NCBI GenBank assembly: GCA_964016885.1
Contig: OZ024761.1
Location: 16,678,001 to 16,742,000 of the forward strand
Length of the DNA stretch: 64,000 nucleotides
Source of the DNA: Eledone cirrhosa
Taxonomy: Eukaryota
Direction of reading: 5' to 3'
Shown here: one piece after another, positions 12,225-23,529 of the stretch
Layout: each line of letters opens with the position of its first letter
How positions within the stretch are numbered: the first letter of the stretch is position 1
Translations under genes and position numbers: made by a program
The notes under the pieces: model-generated
Seen by the model: only the letters and a program-made list of their open reading frames with translations
Told to the model about the DNA's origin: nothing
Databases searched by the model: none

Positions 12225-12465
12225 ATGTTGTGGCATGTTTTACTCTATGTGTTTGTCTCGTTCATATTTGCATGTTTCTTCGTTTACGTCGTGTTGTCGT
12301 ATTTTAGATATTTTAGAATCGGAGACTGGCACAAACAGGCCGATAAATGGCAGCATTTGTTAGTGTTAATAGCTCATCCGGACGATGAATGCATGTTTTT
12401 CTCCCCTTCAATTCTGGATTTCATCGGAAGACAGAAACACGTCTCTCTCTTGTGCCTCTCTACAG
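12225..12465 (+). CDS. PIGL: PIGL exon 1 (GlcNAc-PI de-N-acetylase; N-terminal TM helix and AHPDDE motif)
   Basis: GAAATG start; MLWHVLLYVFVSFIFACFFVYVVL...LLVLIAHPDDECMFFSPSI...LLCLSTG; donor GTCAGT. Confidence 0.95.
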
Positions 12466-13499
12466 GTCAGTATATACATCATGAACACTCACTCCCACTC
12501 TCTCTCCATATATATATATATGCACACACACACACACATATATGTGGACACTCACATATAGTCTAACACGACGAAGTTTCACAGAGGTCTTTATTGATTA
12601 TCGACCAGTTACGCTCGTTTCACAGATGATTGGTTCAAGGTCCAATATAGGTGTTATAGATTCGACTCCACCATCGATCTGCTCATGAGACAATCCACAA
12701 TAAAACAATAACCCTTCTCTCTTAAAGAAAGAATTTATTTTAAAATGTTATGTCTTTATGGAACAAATTGTAAGAAATAACGTTGTTTTCCATCTCAATT
12801 GAATATAGCCCTAAAGTGTTTACGGTATGTTAAATTGTGCCTACATTTTTAACTCTAATGCGAGACGGGAACCTGTGAGGGTGTCGTCCACTTCCCAGTT
12901 TACTTAAAATACGAACAAAGCAGTATTTTCCGATGGTTTTGAAGGTCAGGTTCGTTCAAAACACATCCAAAACCACAGGAAAAATACATACTTTTCACCT
13001 CCAATGCTAAACGGGTGTAATTATAAAAATTAATCTTATTATCTATCTCAAGGTTATTTACTGTATTTGTATTTTTGTTTTTTTGTCGTTATATCATTTT
13101 TATATTTTAATTTAATTTAAAATAACAACAAATGAACACATGAAAAAAAAATCACACGTTTTTTTCTTCTCTCTCACTCGTAAAAATTTCGATCCACCAA
13201 CTTAAGTGTTTCACCATGTTTATATCCTGCGGTAGATTTGTCGCAACTTGTTTCATTAATTTTTCGAAAACATATTAACCGTTTAAGAATTGAATAATAA
13301 TGATATACATATTTTTCAATTGGTATGTTCTTTATCTAGATTTAATTTACATGGTTATAGAACTGGGGAAGGAGTGAATTCTCCAATATTTACTGTTTAA
13401 CCTTAGGTTATTATCTGGCAAAGCAGACTGATGATCAAATATTTGACCATCCCGTTTTTTCTTTTCTTTCTCCGATCAGCCATAATGTGAAATTTAAAA

Positions 13500-14470
13500 A
13501 CAATTGTTTGTGGTTATAGGCGCAAGGCCAACAATTTTTGGGGGACGGGAAAGCCGATTAAATCGACCTCAGTACTGGTACTTTATTTTATCGACCCCGT
13601 AAGGATGAAAGGCAAAGCTAATCTCGGCGGGATTTGAACTCAGAACGTAAAGGGACGTAACTCTATGCTGCGAAGCAATATGTCCGACGCTCTACTCCAA
13701 AGCTAATAATAACAAATAAAAGGTGAATTTAACTAGAATAATAACAATATTTTCTTTACAATCAGTATCAGTCGTAACTATGACATTAAAATTAACGCCG
13801 AGGTTAACTTTGCCTTTCATCCTTGGGGGGGGGGGGGGGGGTCGATAAAATAAAGTACCAGTAATGTACTGAGATAATTGTTGGACTTGTGCCAAAAGTA
13901 GAAACAATTAAAATTAACAGCTTTTTATATTATTCACTCGGACCAGTGGCGTCTGCAGCTGCCCCCCCCCCCCCCCTAAAAAAAAAACATTTGTCAGAAA
14001 ATTATGAACGTTTGCACTCTTTCAAAAATAATAGGAGCAATACGCTTATAACCCGGACCAACAACAACAACAACAACAACTAGCAACCCATACCATCGCC
14101 AACGGTACGAGATTGGGGCAGTATAGGAGAACGTACCCTGGCATGCAGAACACTCGGTCCAAACCACATCGTGGTCTCGGTGGACTGTATGGAGAAAAGC
14201 ATTAGCAAGAAGGAAAAGCAAGCGAGAAACAACCTATTAACTTCACTATTTATTTTGAGCTAACTTCAGTATTTAATATTAGATTGGCAGAATCGGTGGA
14301 GCGTTGGACAACATACTTCGTAGCATAGAGTTACGTCCCTTTGCGAGCTAAGTTCAAATCCCGCCAGGGTTAGTTTTTCTTTCATCCTTACATGGTCGGT
14401 AAAATAAAGTACCAGTAATGCACTGGGATCAATTTAATCGACTTTTCCCTCTCCCAAAATTGCTGGCCCC
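13500..14470. mobile_element. Type 1 SINE cluster in PIGL intron 1: 13500-13695 (-), 13790-13910 (+), 14281-14470 (+)
   Basis: Shared CTTTGCCTTTCATCC..GATAAAATAAAGTACCAGT core. Confidence 0.8.
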
Positions 14471-14607
14471 TGTGGCTATGCGATTGGCAGTAGAGTGTTG
14501 GACAACATATTATTAGTTATTTTAATGCTTAAGATCCTCAATTAATAGATACTGTATTTATTTATTTATTCATATTTCACTTTTGCTTCCCCCTCCCTCC
14601 TGTCCAG

Positions 14608-14707
14608 GCTCTTATAGGGATTTGGCACACACGAGAAAAAAAGAGCTGTATGAAGGCTGTAGACTTCTAGGAATACAGGAAGATAATGTAAAAATGATTG
14701 AAGACAG
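14608..14707 (+). CDS. PIGL: PIGL exon 2
   Basis: TCCAG acceptor, GTAAAT donor; SYRDLAHTRKKELYEGCRLLGIQEDNVKMIED. Confidence 0.93.
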
Positions 14708-14894
14708 GTAAATACTTTTTCTTAATACATCATCATCATCATCATTTTAAAGCTTATATTCCATACTTGAGTGGGTTGTTACTGTCTGGTGACCAAGTCT
14801 ACCCCATGCATTTTGTTTTGGGCTTGGTTTCTATGCCCTTCCCAGTGTCAACTACTTTACACCATGTACATCATAACTCAGGCTCTACCAACTC

Positions 14895-16468
14895 ACAGGA
14901 TGGACTAGGTGTTTTTAACATGGTACCAGCAATACCTCATTACAGGATGGATTAGGTGTTTTTTAACATGGTACCAGCAATACCCCATTACAGGATAGAC
15001 TAGGTATTTTTTAACATGGTACCAGCAATACCTCATTACAGGATGGACTAGGTGTTTTTTAACATGGTACCAGCAATACCTCATTACAGGATGGACTAGG
15101 TGTTTTTAACATGGTACCAGCAATACCTCATTACAGGATAGACTAGGTATTTTTTAATATGGTACCAGCAATACCCCATTACAGGATAGACTAGGTATTT
15201 TTTAACATGGTACCAGCAATACCTCATTACAGGATGGACTAGGTGTTTTTTAACATGGTACCAGCAATACCTCATTACAGGATGGACTAGGTGTTTTTAA
15301 CATGGTACCAGCAATACCTCATTACAGGATGGACTAGGTGTTTTTAACATGGTACCAGCAATACCTCATTACAGGATGGACTAGGTGTTTTTAGCATGGT
15401 ACCAGCAATACCTCATTACAGGATAGACTAGGTATTTTTTAACATGGTACCAGCAATACCTCATTACAGGATGGACTAGGTGTTTTTAACATGGTACCAG
15501 CAATACCCCATTACAGGATAGACTAGGTATTTTTTAACATGGTACCAGCAATACCCCATTACAGGATAGACTAGGTATTTTTTAACATGGTACCAGCAAT
15601 ACCTCATTACAGGATGGACTAGGTGTTTTTTAACATGGTACCAGCAATACCTCATTACAGGATGGACTAGGTGTTTTTTAATATGGTACCAGCAATACCC
15701 CATTACAGGATAGACTAGGTATCTTTTAACATGGTACCAGCAATACCTCATTACAGGATGGACTAGGTGTTTTTAACATGGTACCAGCAATACCTCATTA
15801 CAGGATAGACTAGGTATTTTTTAACATGGTACCAGCAATACCTCATTACAGGATAGACTAGGTATTTTTTAACATGGTACCAGCAATACCTCATTACAGG
15901 ATGGACTAGGTGTTTTTAACATGGTACCAGCAATACCTCATTACAGGATAGACTAGGTGTTTTTTAACATGGTACCAGCAATACCTCATTACAGGATGGA
16001 CTAGGTGTTTTTTAACATGGTACCAGCAATACCTCATTACAGGATGGACTAGGTGTTTTTTAACATGGTACCAGCAATACCTCATTACAGGATGGACTAG
16101 GTGTTTTTTAACATGGTACCAGCAATACCCCATTACAGGATAGACTAGGTGTTTTTTAACATGGTACCAGCAATACCTCATTACAGGATGGACTAGGTGT
16201 TTTTTAACATGGTACCAGCAATACCTCATTACAGGACGGACTAGGTGTTTTTTAACATGGTACCAGCAATACCCCATTACAGGATAGACTAGGTGTTTTT
16301 TAACATGGTACCAGCAATACCTCATTACAGGATGGACTAGGTGTTTTTTAACATGGTACCAGCAATACCTCATTATAGAGTGGACTGGTGTTTTTATCAT
16401 GGTATTATCAATACCTCATTATAGAGTGGACTGGTGTTTTTATCATGGTATTATCAATACCTCATTAG
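14895..16468. repeat. 47-48-bp minisatellite (GGTACCAGCAATACCTCATTACAGGATGGACTAGGTGTTTTTTAACAT)n
   Basis: About 33 contiguous units in PIGL intron 2. Confidence 0.95.
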
Positions 16469-17118
16469 GGTGCTCAGTGTATCTTCAGCATATATATCCA
16501 TTATTGCATACCTTGGACAGGTTGTCACAGTCCAAGGCCAGAGACAACAGACATCATCTTGCTCATACATTCCATGTTTGGCATGGTTTATAAACCTGGT
16601 TGACCTTCCTAACACCAACTACTTTACAGTGCACCAGGTGCATTCTGTAAAATTCTGTCTGACGTTCTAACAACTCTGCCTTTTCGTGACTTCTGTAGGG
16701 AGGTAGAAATGTTTATTCTGTCAGGATGGTTGTGTCACGAGAAGGGTGGTAGTGTCAGCAGTGTCTGAAGTCTGTCTTGTTAGGCCGGTTATTATCCTGG
16801 TTTCATGGCATAAAGCAACTGAGAATACAAGACTTCCCTCTGGACAGGACGCCAGTCCATTGCAGGGTTAAACTCCCCAGCTATTGCTAGTACTCATTTT
16901 CAGCTGAGTATACTGGAGCAACATGAAAGGAAGTGTTTTGCAGAACACAACATGCAAACCAACCCAGGAATCAAATACACAACATCATGATTGTAAGTCC
17001 ACTAGGCTATGTGCCTCCATCAGTGGGGAGGTAGAAATATTTGTTCTGTCAGGGTGGCTGTCTCCTTAGCGAGAGGTAGAAATGTTTTTTTTTTTGCAAC
17101 TCTAATGAATCTTTCCAG

Positions 17119-17209
17119 TTGTTTTCCAGATGATCCAGCTCGGATCTGGAATGAGGAACTCACAGCAAGAATCATTCTTAAGCATCTACAGGTTGTAAAA
17201 CCTGATGTG
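17119..17209 (+). CDS. PIGL: PIGL exon 3
   Basis: TTTCCAG acceptor, GTGAGT donor; CFPDDPARIWNEELTARIILKHLQVVKPDV. Confidence 0.93.
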
Positions 17210-17267
17210 GTGAGTTCAAACATTGTTTTGTTGTTTTTTTTACTATTTTTTAGGGTTTTTTCCAAGT

Positions 17268-18734
17268 ATCTATCAATCTCTCTATTTTTCTATATGTCTG
17301 AATATATCTATCTATCTCTACCTATATGTCTTTCTATATATCTATATCTGTCTGTCTATCTGTGTAACTATATATCTTCCTATATGTCTATATCTCTCTA
17401 TCTCTCTATCTATATGTCTTTCTATATATCTATATCTGTCTGTCTATCTGTAACTATATATCTTCCTATATGTCTATATCTCTCTATCTATCTATCTATA
17501 TGTCTTTCTATATATCTATATCTGTCTGTCTATCTGTGTAACTATATATCTTCCTATATGTCTATATCTCTCTATCTCTCTATCTATATGTCTTTCTATA
17601 TATCTATATCTGTCTGTCTATCTGTGTAACTATATATCTTCCTATATGTCTATATCTCTCTATCTATCTACCTATATGTCTTTCTATATATCTATATCTG
17701 TCTGTCTATCTGTGTAACTATATATCTTCCTATATGTCTATATCTATCTACCTATATGTCTTTCTATATATCTATATCTGTCTGTCTATCTGTGTAACTA
17801 TATATCTTCCTATATCTCTCTATCTATCTCTCTATATATCTTCCTATATATCTATATCTGTGTAACTATATATCTTCCTATATGTCTATATCTATCTATC
17901 TCTCTCTACCTATATGTCTATATCTCTCTATCTATCTCTTTATATATCTTCCTATATATCTATATCTGTGTAACTATATATCTTCCTATATGTCTATATC
18001 TCTCTCTCTCTCTACCTATATGTCTTTCTATATATCTATATCTGTCTGTCTATCTGTGTAACTATATATCTTCCTATATGTCTATATCTATCTATCTCTC
18101 TCTACCTATATGTCTATATCTCTCTATCTATCTATCTATATGTCTTTCTATATATCTATATCTGTCTGTCTATCTGTGTAACTATATATCTTCCTATATG
18201 TCTGAATATATCTATCTCTCTCTACCTATATGTCTTTCTATATATCTATATCTGTCTGTCTATTTGTGTAACTATATATCTTCCTATATGTCTATATCTC
18301 TCTATCTCTCTATCTATATGTCTTTCTATATATCTATATCTGTCTGTCTATCTGTGTAACTATATATCTTCCTATATGTCTATATCTCTCTATCTCTCTA
18401 TCTATATGTCTTTCTATATATCTATATATCTGTCTGTCTATCTGTGTAACTATATATCTTCCTATATGTCTATATCTCTCTATCTCTCTCTCTATATGTC
18501 TTTCTATATATCTATATATCTGTCTGTCTATCTGTGTAACTATATATCTTCCTATATGTCTATATCTATCTCTCTCTACCTATATGTCTATGTCTATCTA
18601 TCTATCTCTCTATATATCTATATCTGTCTGTCTATCTGTGTAACTATATATCTTCCTATATGTCTATATCTATCTATCTATCTATCTCTCTCTACCTATA
18701 TGTCTATATCTCTCTATCTATCTCTCTCTCTCTC
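17268..18734. repeat. Compound TATC/TC minisatellite anchored on GTGTAACTATATATCTTCCTATATG
   Basis: Fills PIGL intron 3 up to the acceptor site. Confidence 0.9.
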
Positions 18735-18736
18735 AG

Positions 18737-18804
18737 GTATTAACATTTGATCAGTATGGTGTAAGTGGACACAATAACCACTGTTCAATATACTATGGCT
18801 GCAG
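18737..18804 (+). CDS. PIGL: PIGL exon 4 (HxxH metal-binding motif)
   Basis: VLTFDQYGVSGHNNHCSIYYGC; canonical AG/GTGAGT. Confidence 0.95.
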
Positions 18805-19085
18805 GTGAGTCATTCTCTCTCTCTATATATATATCATCTGATGATGATGATGATGATGTTTATTTTCTATGCATTCCTAAAGATTTCATATAAATGAAAC
18901 AGTACTAGTCGTGTAGAAGCATTTTCTATATAAACTCCTATATATATTACTTAAATACATGGCAACTAAGCATGTTTTCATTGCTACTCAGAGTTTCATG
19001 ATGGTATCTAATTAATCATAGCAGATTAATTATGTAAGCGACATCAATCAGCTTTTGTGAAAAAAAAACATTTTTTTTTTTTCAG

Positions 19086-19117
19086 GAAAATTCTTCAAGA
19101 TGGGAGAGCACCGACAG
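19086..19117 (+). CDS. PIGL: PIGL exon 5 (32 nt)
   Basis: T-run + CAG acceptor, GTATGT donor; KILQDGRAPT; needed to link phase 2 to phase 1. Confidence 0.88.
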
Positions 19118-19735
19118 GTATGTTATTAGCAGCAGCACCACCATACACTGCTATACACCACCACACACTACCATACACTCCTATACACCACCACACACCA
19201 CCATACACTGCTATACACCACCACACACCACCATACACTGCTATACACCACCACACACTACTATATAATATCACAATAAGCTACCATACATCTCTCTATC
19301 TATCTATATATATATATATATTTATATATCTAACTCTTTCTATCTATATCTCTCTCTCTTTATCCATCTAACTCTCTCTCTATCTCTCTTTATCTATCTC
19401 ACTCTCTATCTCTATCTATTTATCTCTCTCTCTATATATATCTATATATATATATATTAGAAATTAGAAATTATAAGCTTTCACCGTATTTTAGACTAAA
19501 GAAATTTCTAGCCGGATAGTGGGGTTTATAACCCTCGGAGAAATGGAAGAAGATCAACACTCATCTTTTTCCATTTCTCCGAGGGTTATAAACCCCACTA
19601 TCCGGCTAGAAAAATTTGCATATATATATATATATATATATATATGAAGTGTTTCTGTAGGAACGGTAAAGGAAAAGAGAGCGCTCTATGTAGACTACAG
19701 AGCTTTTTAGTTATGTAATAAACAACATAAGATAA

Positions 19736-19811
19736 TTAATTCATTTACCAAAGGTTTCACGAAGACAGACGAGCCTGCCACAGACATCTGACTTCGGTCG
19801 TCAGAATTAAA
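19736..19811 (-). ncRNA. Hammerhead-like fold with long stem II
   Basis: Minus strand reads TTAATT-CTGACGA-cCGAAG...CTTCGt-GAAA-CCTTTGG-TA-AATGAATTAA. Confidence 0.5.
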
Positions 19812-20169
19812 ATTTATATATATATATATAATTGAATATAAAAGAGAGATAAACACAGATATATACATATATGTGTTCAAATCGTAAGGGACCAGATTCG
19901 AATCTGGTTCCCTACGACTTGAACACATATATGTATATATCTGTGTTTATTTCTCTTTTATATTCAGTTATATTACACGGCTCGAAAAAATCTCTTTCCT
20001 TGAGCTATTTAATTGTAAGAGACTATTTTGATTTTCTAACTCAATGTATACCTTTGATATATATATATATATATATATATAATGGAAAAATTTGAACAGG
20101 GACAAAACAGAGAGGCAGTACAACAAATGTTTATTAATTTCACGCTCTGGAGAGTGGGGTGTTGGTGGG

Positions 20170-20206
20170 GGACGACGTTTCGGGCATAAGCCCTTCCTCA
20201 GGTGGG
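20170..20206 (-). ncRNA. Hammerhead-like core in a Penelope-like remnant
   Basis: Minus strand CTGAGGA-A-GGGC ttat GCCC-GAAA-CGTCG-TC; stem I not evident; AATAAA about 35 nt downstream. Confidence 0.45.
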
Positions 20207-20827
20207 AAGTGTGTGGGAACAGAGTTCAAAGGGTGTGTAGGGGAGTGGTGGAGAGGCATATAGCGAAAGGAAACGGTGCGAATGAAAAAATAAAAAATAA
20301 AGATAAAAATAAAAATAAAGCATGATCAAAATACAAGGAAGGAGATAAATTTAAAAATAAAGGCATGATCAAAATAAACTGAAATTAAAAGGGGGTTAAA
20401 CAGGTGGTGGAAGGGTGTGGGGTGTGTATGGGTGGTGGGGAGAGGGAGATGGGGTGTCCGAGCGGGGAGGGCTGAAGGTGGTGTGTGTGTGTGTAGGTGT
20501 GCGTGTGTGTGTGTATGTGAAAGTAAGGGTTGGGGGAAGAATGGGGTTGCATGTTCAGGAAGAGGTGTGTGTGTGTGGGGGGGGGGAGTTTGTGGGTCGG
20601 AGTGTCTGTACGTGTGTGGATAGAGGGGTGGGGGGAGAGGAATCAGGAGTCTGGGGGTGTAGATATGTGGTGGAAAGCACGTATGTGGGGTTTAAGCGTG
20701 TTGTGGGTGTAGGTGGCGTGTGGAGAAAAAAAATTTTTTTGGGGTGTGTGTGGGTGAGTTATATATATATATATATATACATACATATATTTATACATAC
20801 ATATATGTATATATATCTCTATTACAG

Positions 20828-20958
20828 GTGTCCAGTTTTATTGTCTTGAGTCAACAAATGTCCTCAGAAAGTACATATCATTGCTAGACATTCCTCTCTC
20901 CATTCTGTTAACACCTCACTTCTATCTCTCCACCATCAGTGCTGTCATCAGAGCCATT
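20828..20958 (+). CDS. PIGL: PIGL exon 6
   Basis: VQFYCLESTNVLRKYISLLDIPLSILLTPHFYLSTISAVIRAI; ACAG acceptor, GTAAGT donor. Confidence 0.94.
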
Positions 20959-22520
20959 GTAAGTCCACTTCACTATTTATTCTCTCTCTATTGTTGTTGG
21001 TGTTGCTATAAATACTTGTGTGTGTGTGTATATATATATATATGTATAGAAATTTCGTATTTCTAAAGAAACACGGTATGTTTACAGGTAAACATTTAGA
21101 AAGCCGTAGGTATGCAAAAAAACACCGGATCTAACGCCCTCTGGTGGTGTCCAGAAGCAAGGGGGACAATCATCGCTGCATTTCTGACTTAACTGGTCCT
21201 CACCAGGACGATCCCTCCCACACTTGCGACTGCTGGACTTGAAAACAGGCAAGAATATATAGTTTCCTCGTCTGCGTAAATGAGGTGATTAATCTCATTT
21301 GCATATGAAGCTGCATAAGTTGGCTCAGGCATAGCTGTATACAGATATGTATAGAAATGTTGTATTTCTAAAGAAACACGGTATGTTTACAGGTAAACAT
21401 TTAGAAAGTCGTAGCTATGCAAAAAACGCTGGGTCTATATATAAGTGAAGGCTCATGGCTTAGTGGTTAGAGCATTGGGCTTGCAATCAGAAGGTTGTGA
21501 GTTCAATTCTCACACCGGGTGATGTGTTGTGTCCTTGAGCAAGACACTATTTCAGGTTGCTCCATTTTATTCAGCTATCTAAATGAGTTCTGACATCATT
21601 GGTGACAAGCTGTATCAGCGATTGCCTCTCCCTTGGACATCATCAGTGGTGTGGGAGAGGGGGAGGCTGGTATGCATGGGTGACTGCTGGTCTTCCACAA
21701 ACAAACAAACCTTGCCCAGACTTGTGCCTTGGAGGGAAATTTTCTAGGTGCAAATCCCATGGTAGATTCATGATCGAAGGGGGTCTTTAACCAAAATATA
21801 TGTATTGTTTCAGATCCTGTATAGGGTGAAAGCAGAAATTCTTTGCTTAAATTTTAATCTGTACTAATAATAAATATTTGCTCTACGGGTTTATATATAA
21901 TTTATTTTCTTTTGGTCGTTTTGGAAGCCTCAACAATGCAGATGGGTAATTCTCCGGGTAACAAGATCCGGTGGTAAAGAGAGAGATGTAAGTGAGTGTA
22001 GAATGAGATGTATAGTGTGTAGAAGAGCGTAGAAAAGAGCGTCAAAAAATAAAAATAATAACACGAGATAGAGTTACCTTGGGAGAGATTTAATTGTCCC
22101 TATATTTCGGATTCACATCCATCAACTGGGGGGGGGGGGTTATCTGTCGGAGAGGAGCGGTACGTGTCCTCTGCTATTCGTTGTTTTGAATAACAGGTAT
22201 TCAGCAGAGCGCGCGTGCGCACATATACAATCCTTTTAGAGCCCTCTTTGGATTTTGGTCTTTGTATTTATTATTACTATATATCTATATATATATATAT
22301 ATATATAGCCGTGTAGGCAACACGGTAAAAACCTCCCAGCCCCACACTGTAAATGTGGTTGGTGTTAGGAAGGGCATCCAACTGTAGAAAACCCGCCAGA
22401 CAGTCCTATGCGAGCAAGACAACCACTCTTGCCTCAAGTGGGAAAACTCCCGTCCAAACCCATGCAAGCGTGGAACATGGACATTAAACGATGATGATGA
22501 TGATGATATATATATATATA

Positions 22521-22720
22521 TAAGGGCCAGCTGAAAAGTTCATAGGCTGACTATAAAGGAGTGATGCTAGACCTGTGAAATCTTGCATGCATTAATTTCA
22601 ACTCTTCTTATTAATAACTGCATTGTTTCTTTTCAGGGACTATGTTGAAAAATAAACCTCATTTGGTTATGCCATGAGTGTATATTGATTTGCCTATGAA
22701 CTTTTCAGCTGACCCTCGTA
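22521..22720 (+). mobile_element. Mariner-derived MITE
   Basis: TIRs AGGG.CAGCTGAAAAGTTCATAGGC, TA flanks; contains the transposase end GACTATGTTGAAAAATAA (DYVEK*). Confidence 0.88.
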
Positions 22721-23400
22721 TACTTGTCATCATCATCATCATCATCATCATTTCATTTTACGTCCACTTTTCTCTGCTTGCAAGGGTGGGACTGGGACTG
22801 ATTCTAGCTTGATTTCTACAGCTGGATGCCCTTCCTAACACCAACCTCATTTATAGTGGTTAGAGCATTGGCCTTGCAATCGAAAGGTTGTGAGTTCAAT
22901 TCTCAGACCAGGTGGTGTGTTGTTTCCTTGAGCAAGACATTTTATTTCACATTGCTCCAGTTTACTCAGCTGTAGAAATGAGATGATAGGGACTGGGGTC
23001 CCTATCATTCCACTGCAAAGTGGTCGTGGAGGTGCCAAAAAGCACCCAGCACTCACTGTAAATGAAGTTGGTGTTAGGAAGGGCATCCAGCTGTAGAAAT
23101 CAAGCCAGAATCAGTTCCCGTCCCACCCTTGCAAGCAGGGAAAAAGCGGATGTATGATGATGATGATGATGTGTGTGTATATATATATATATTTGTATGT
23201 GTGTGTATATATATATATATATTTGTATGTGTGTATATATATATATATTTGTATGTGTGTGTATATATATATATTTGTATGTGTGTGTATATATATATAT
23301 TTGTATGTGTGTGTGTATATGTATATATACAAGCGGACGTAAAATGAGGATGACTGTGGCTATAGATTCATTAATTTCTGTTTGCCCTGTGTCTTTGCAG

Positions 23401-23523
23401 CGTGCCATGTGTTCTTACTCGACTCAACTGACATGGTTCCGGGTTCTATACCTGATGTTCTCTCGCTACATGTTCATCAATACCTTGGTAGATATCTTGC
23501 CTGACTCCAATGTACCCAGGTGA
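23401..23523 (+). CDS. PIGL: PIGL exon 7 (terminal)
   Basis: TTTGCAG acceptor; RAMCSYSTQLTWFRVLYLMFSRYMFINTLVDILPDSNVPR then TGA; the seven exons sum to 786 nt. Confidence 0.94.
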   Translation, partial: RAMCSYSTQLTWFRVLYLMFSRYMFINTLVDILPDSNVPR

Positions 23524-23529
23524 TTGAAA

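Noticed and set aside
14895-16468. CRISPR-like array or 16-aa repeat protein (MRYCWYHVKKHLVHPV)
   Set aside because: Units are contiguous with no unique spacers; T-run length variation breaks the frame; eukaryotic intron
17130-17209. Alternative PIGL exon 3 acceptor after TTTTCCAG at 17129
   Set aside because: Gives an immediate in-frame TGA; 17119 preserves FPDDP
21448-21530. tRNA gene
   Set aside because: A/B boxes continue into a SINE body and there is no complete cloverleaf
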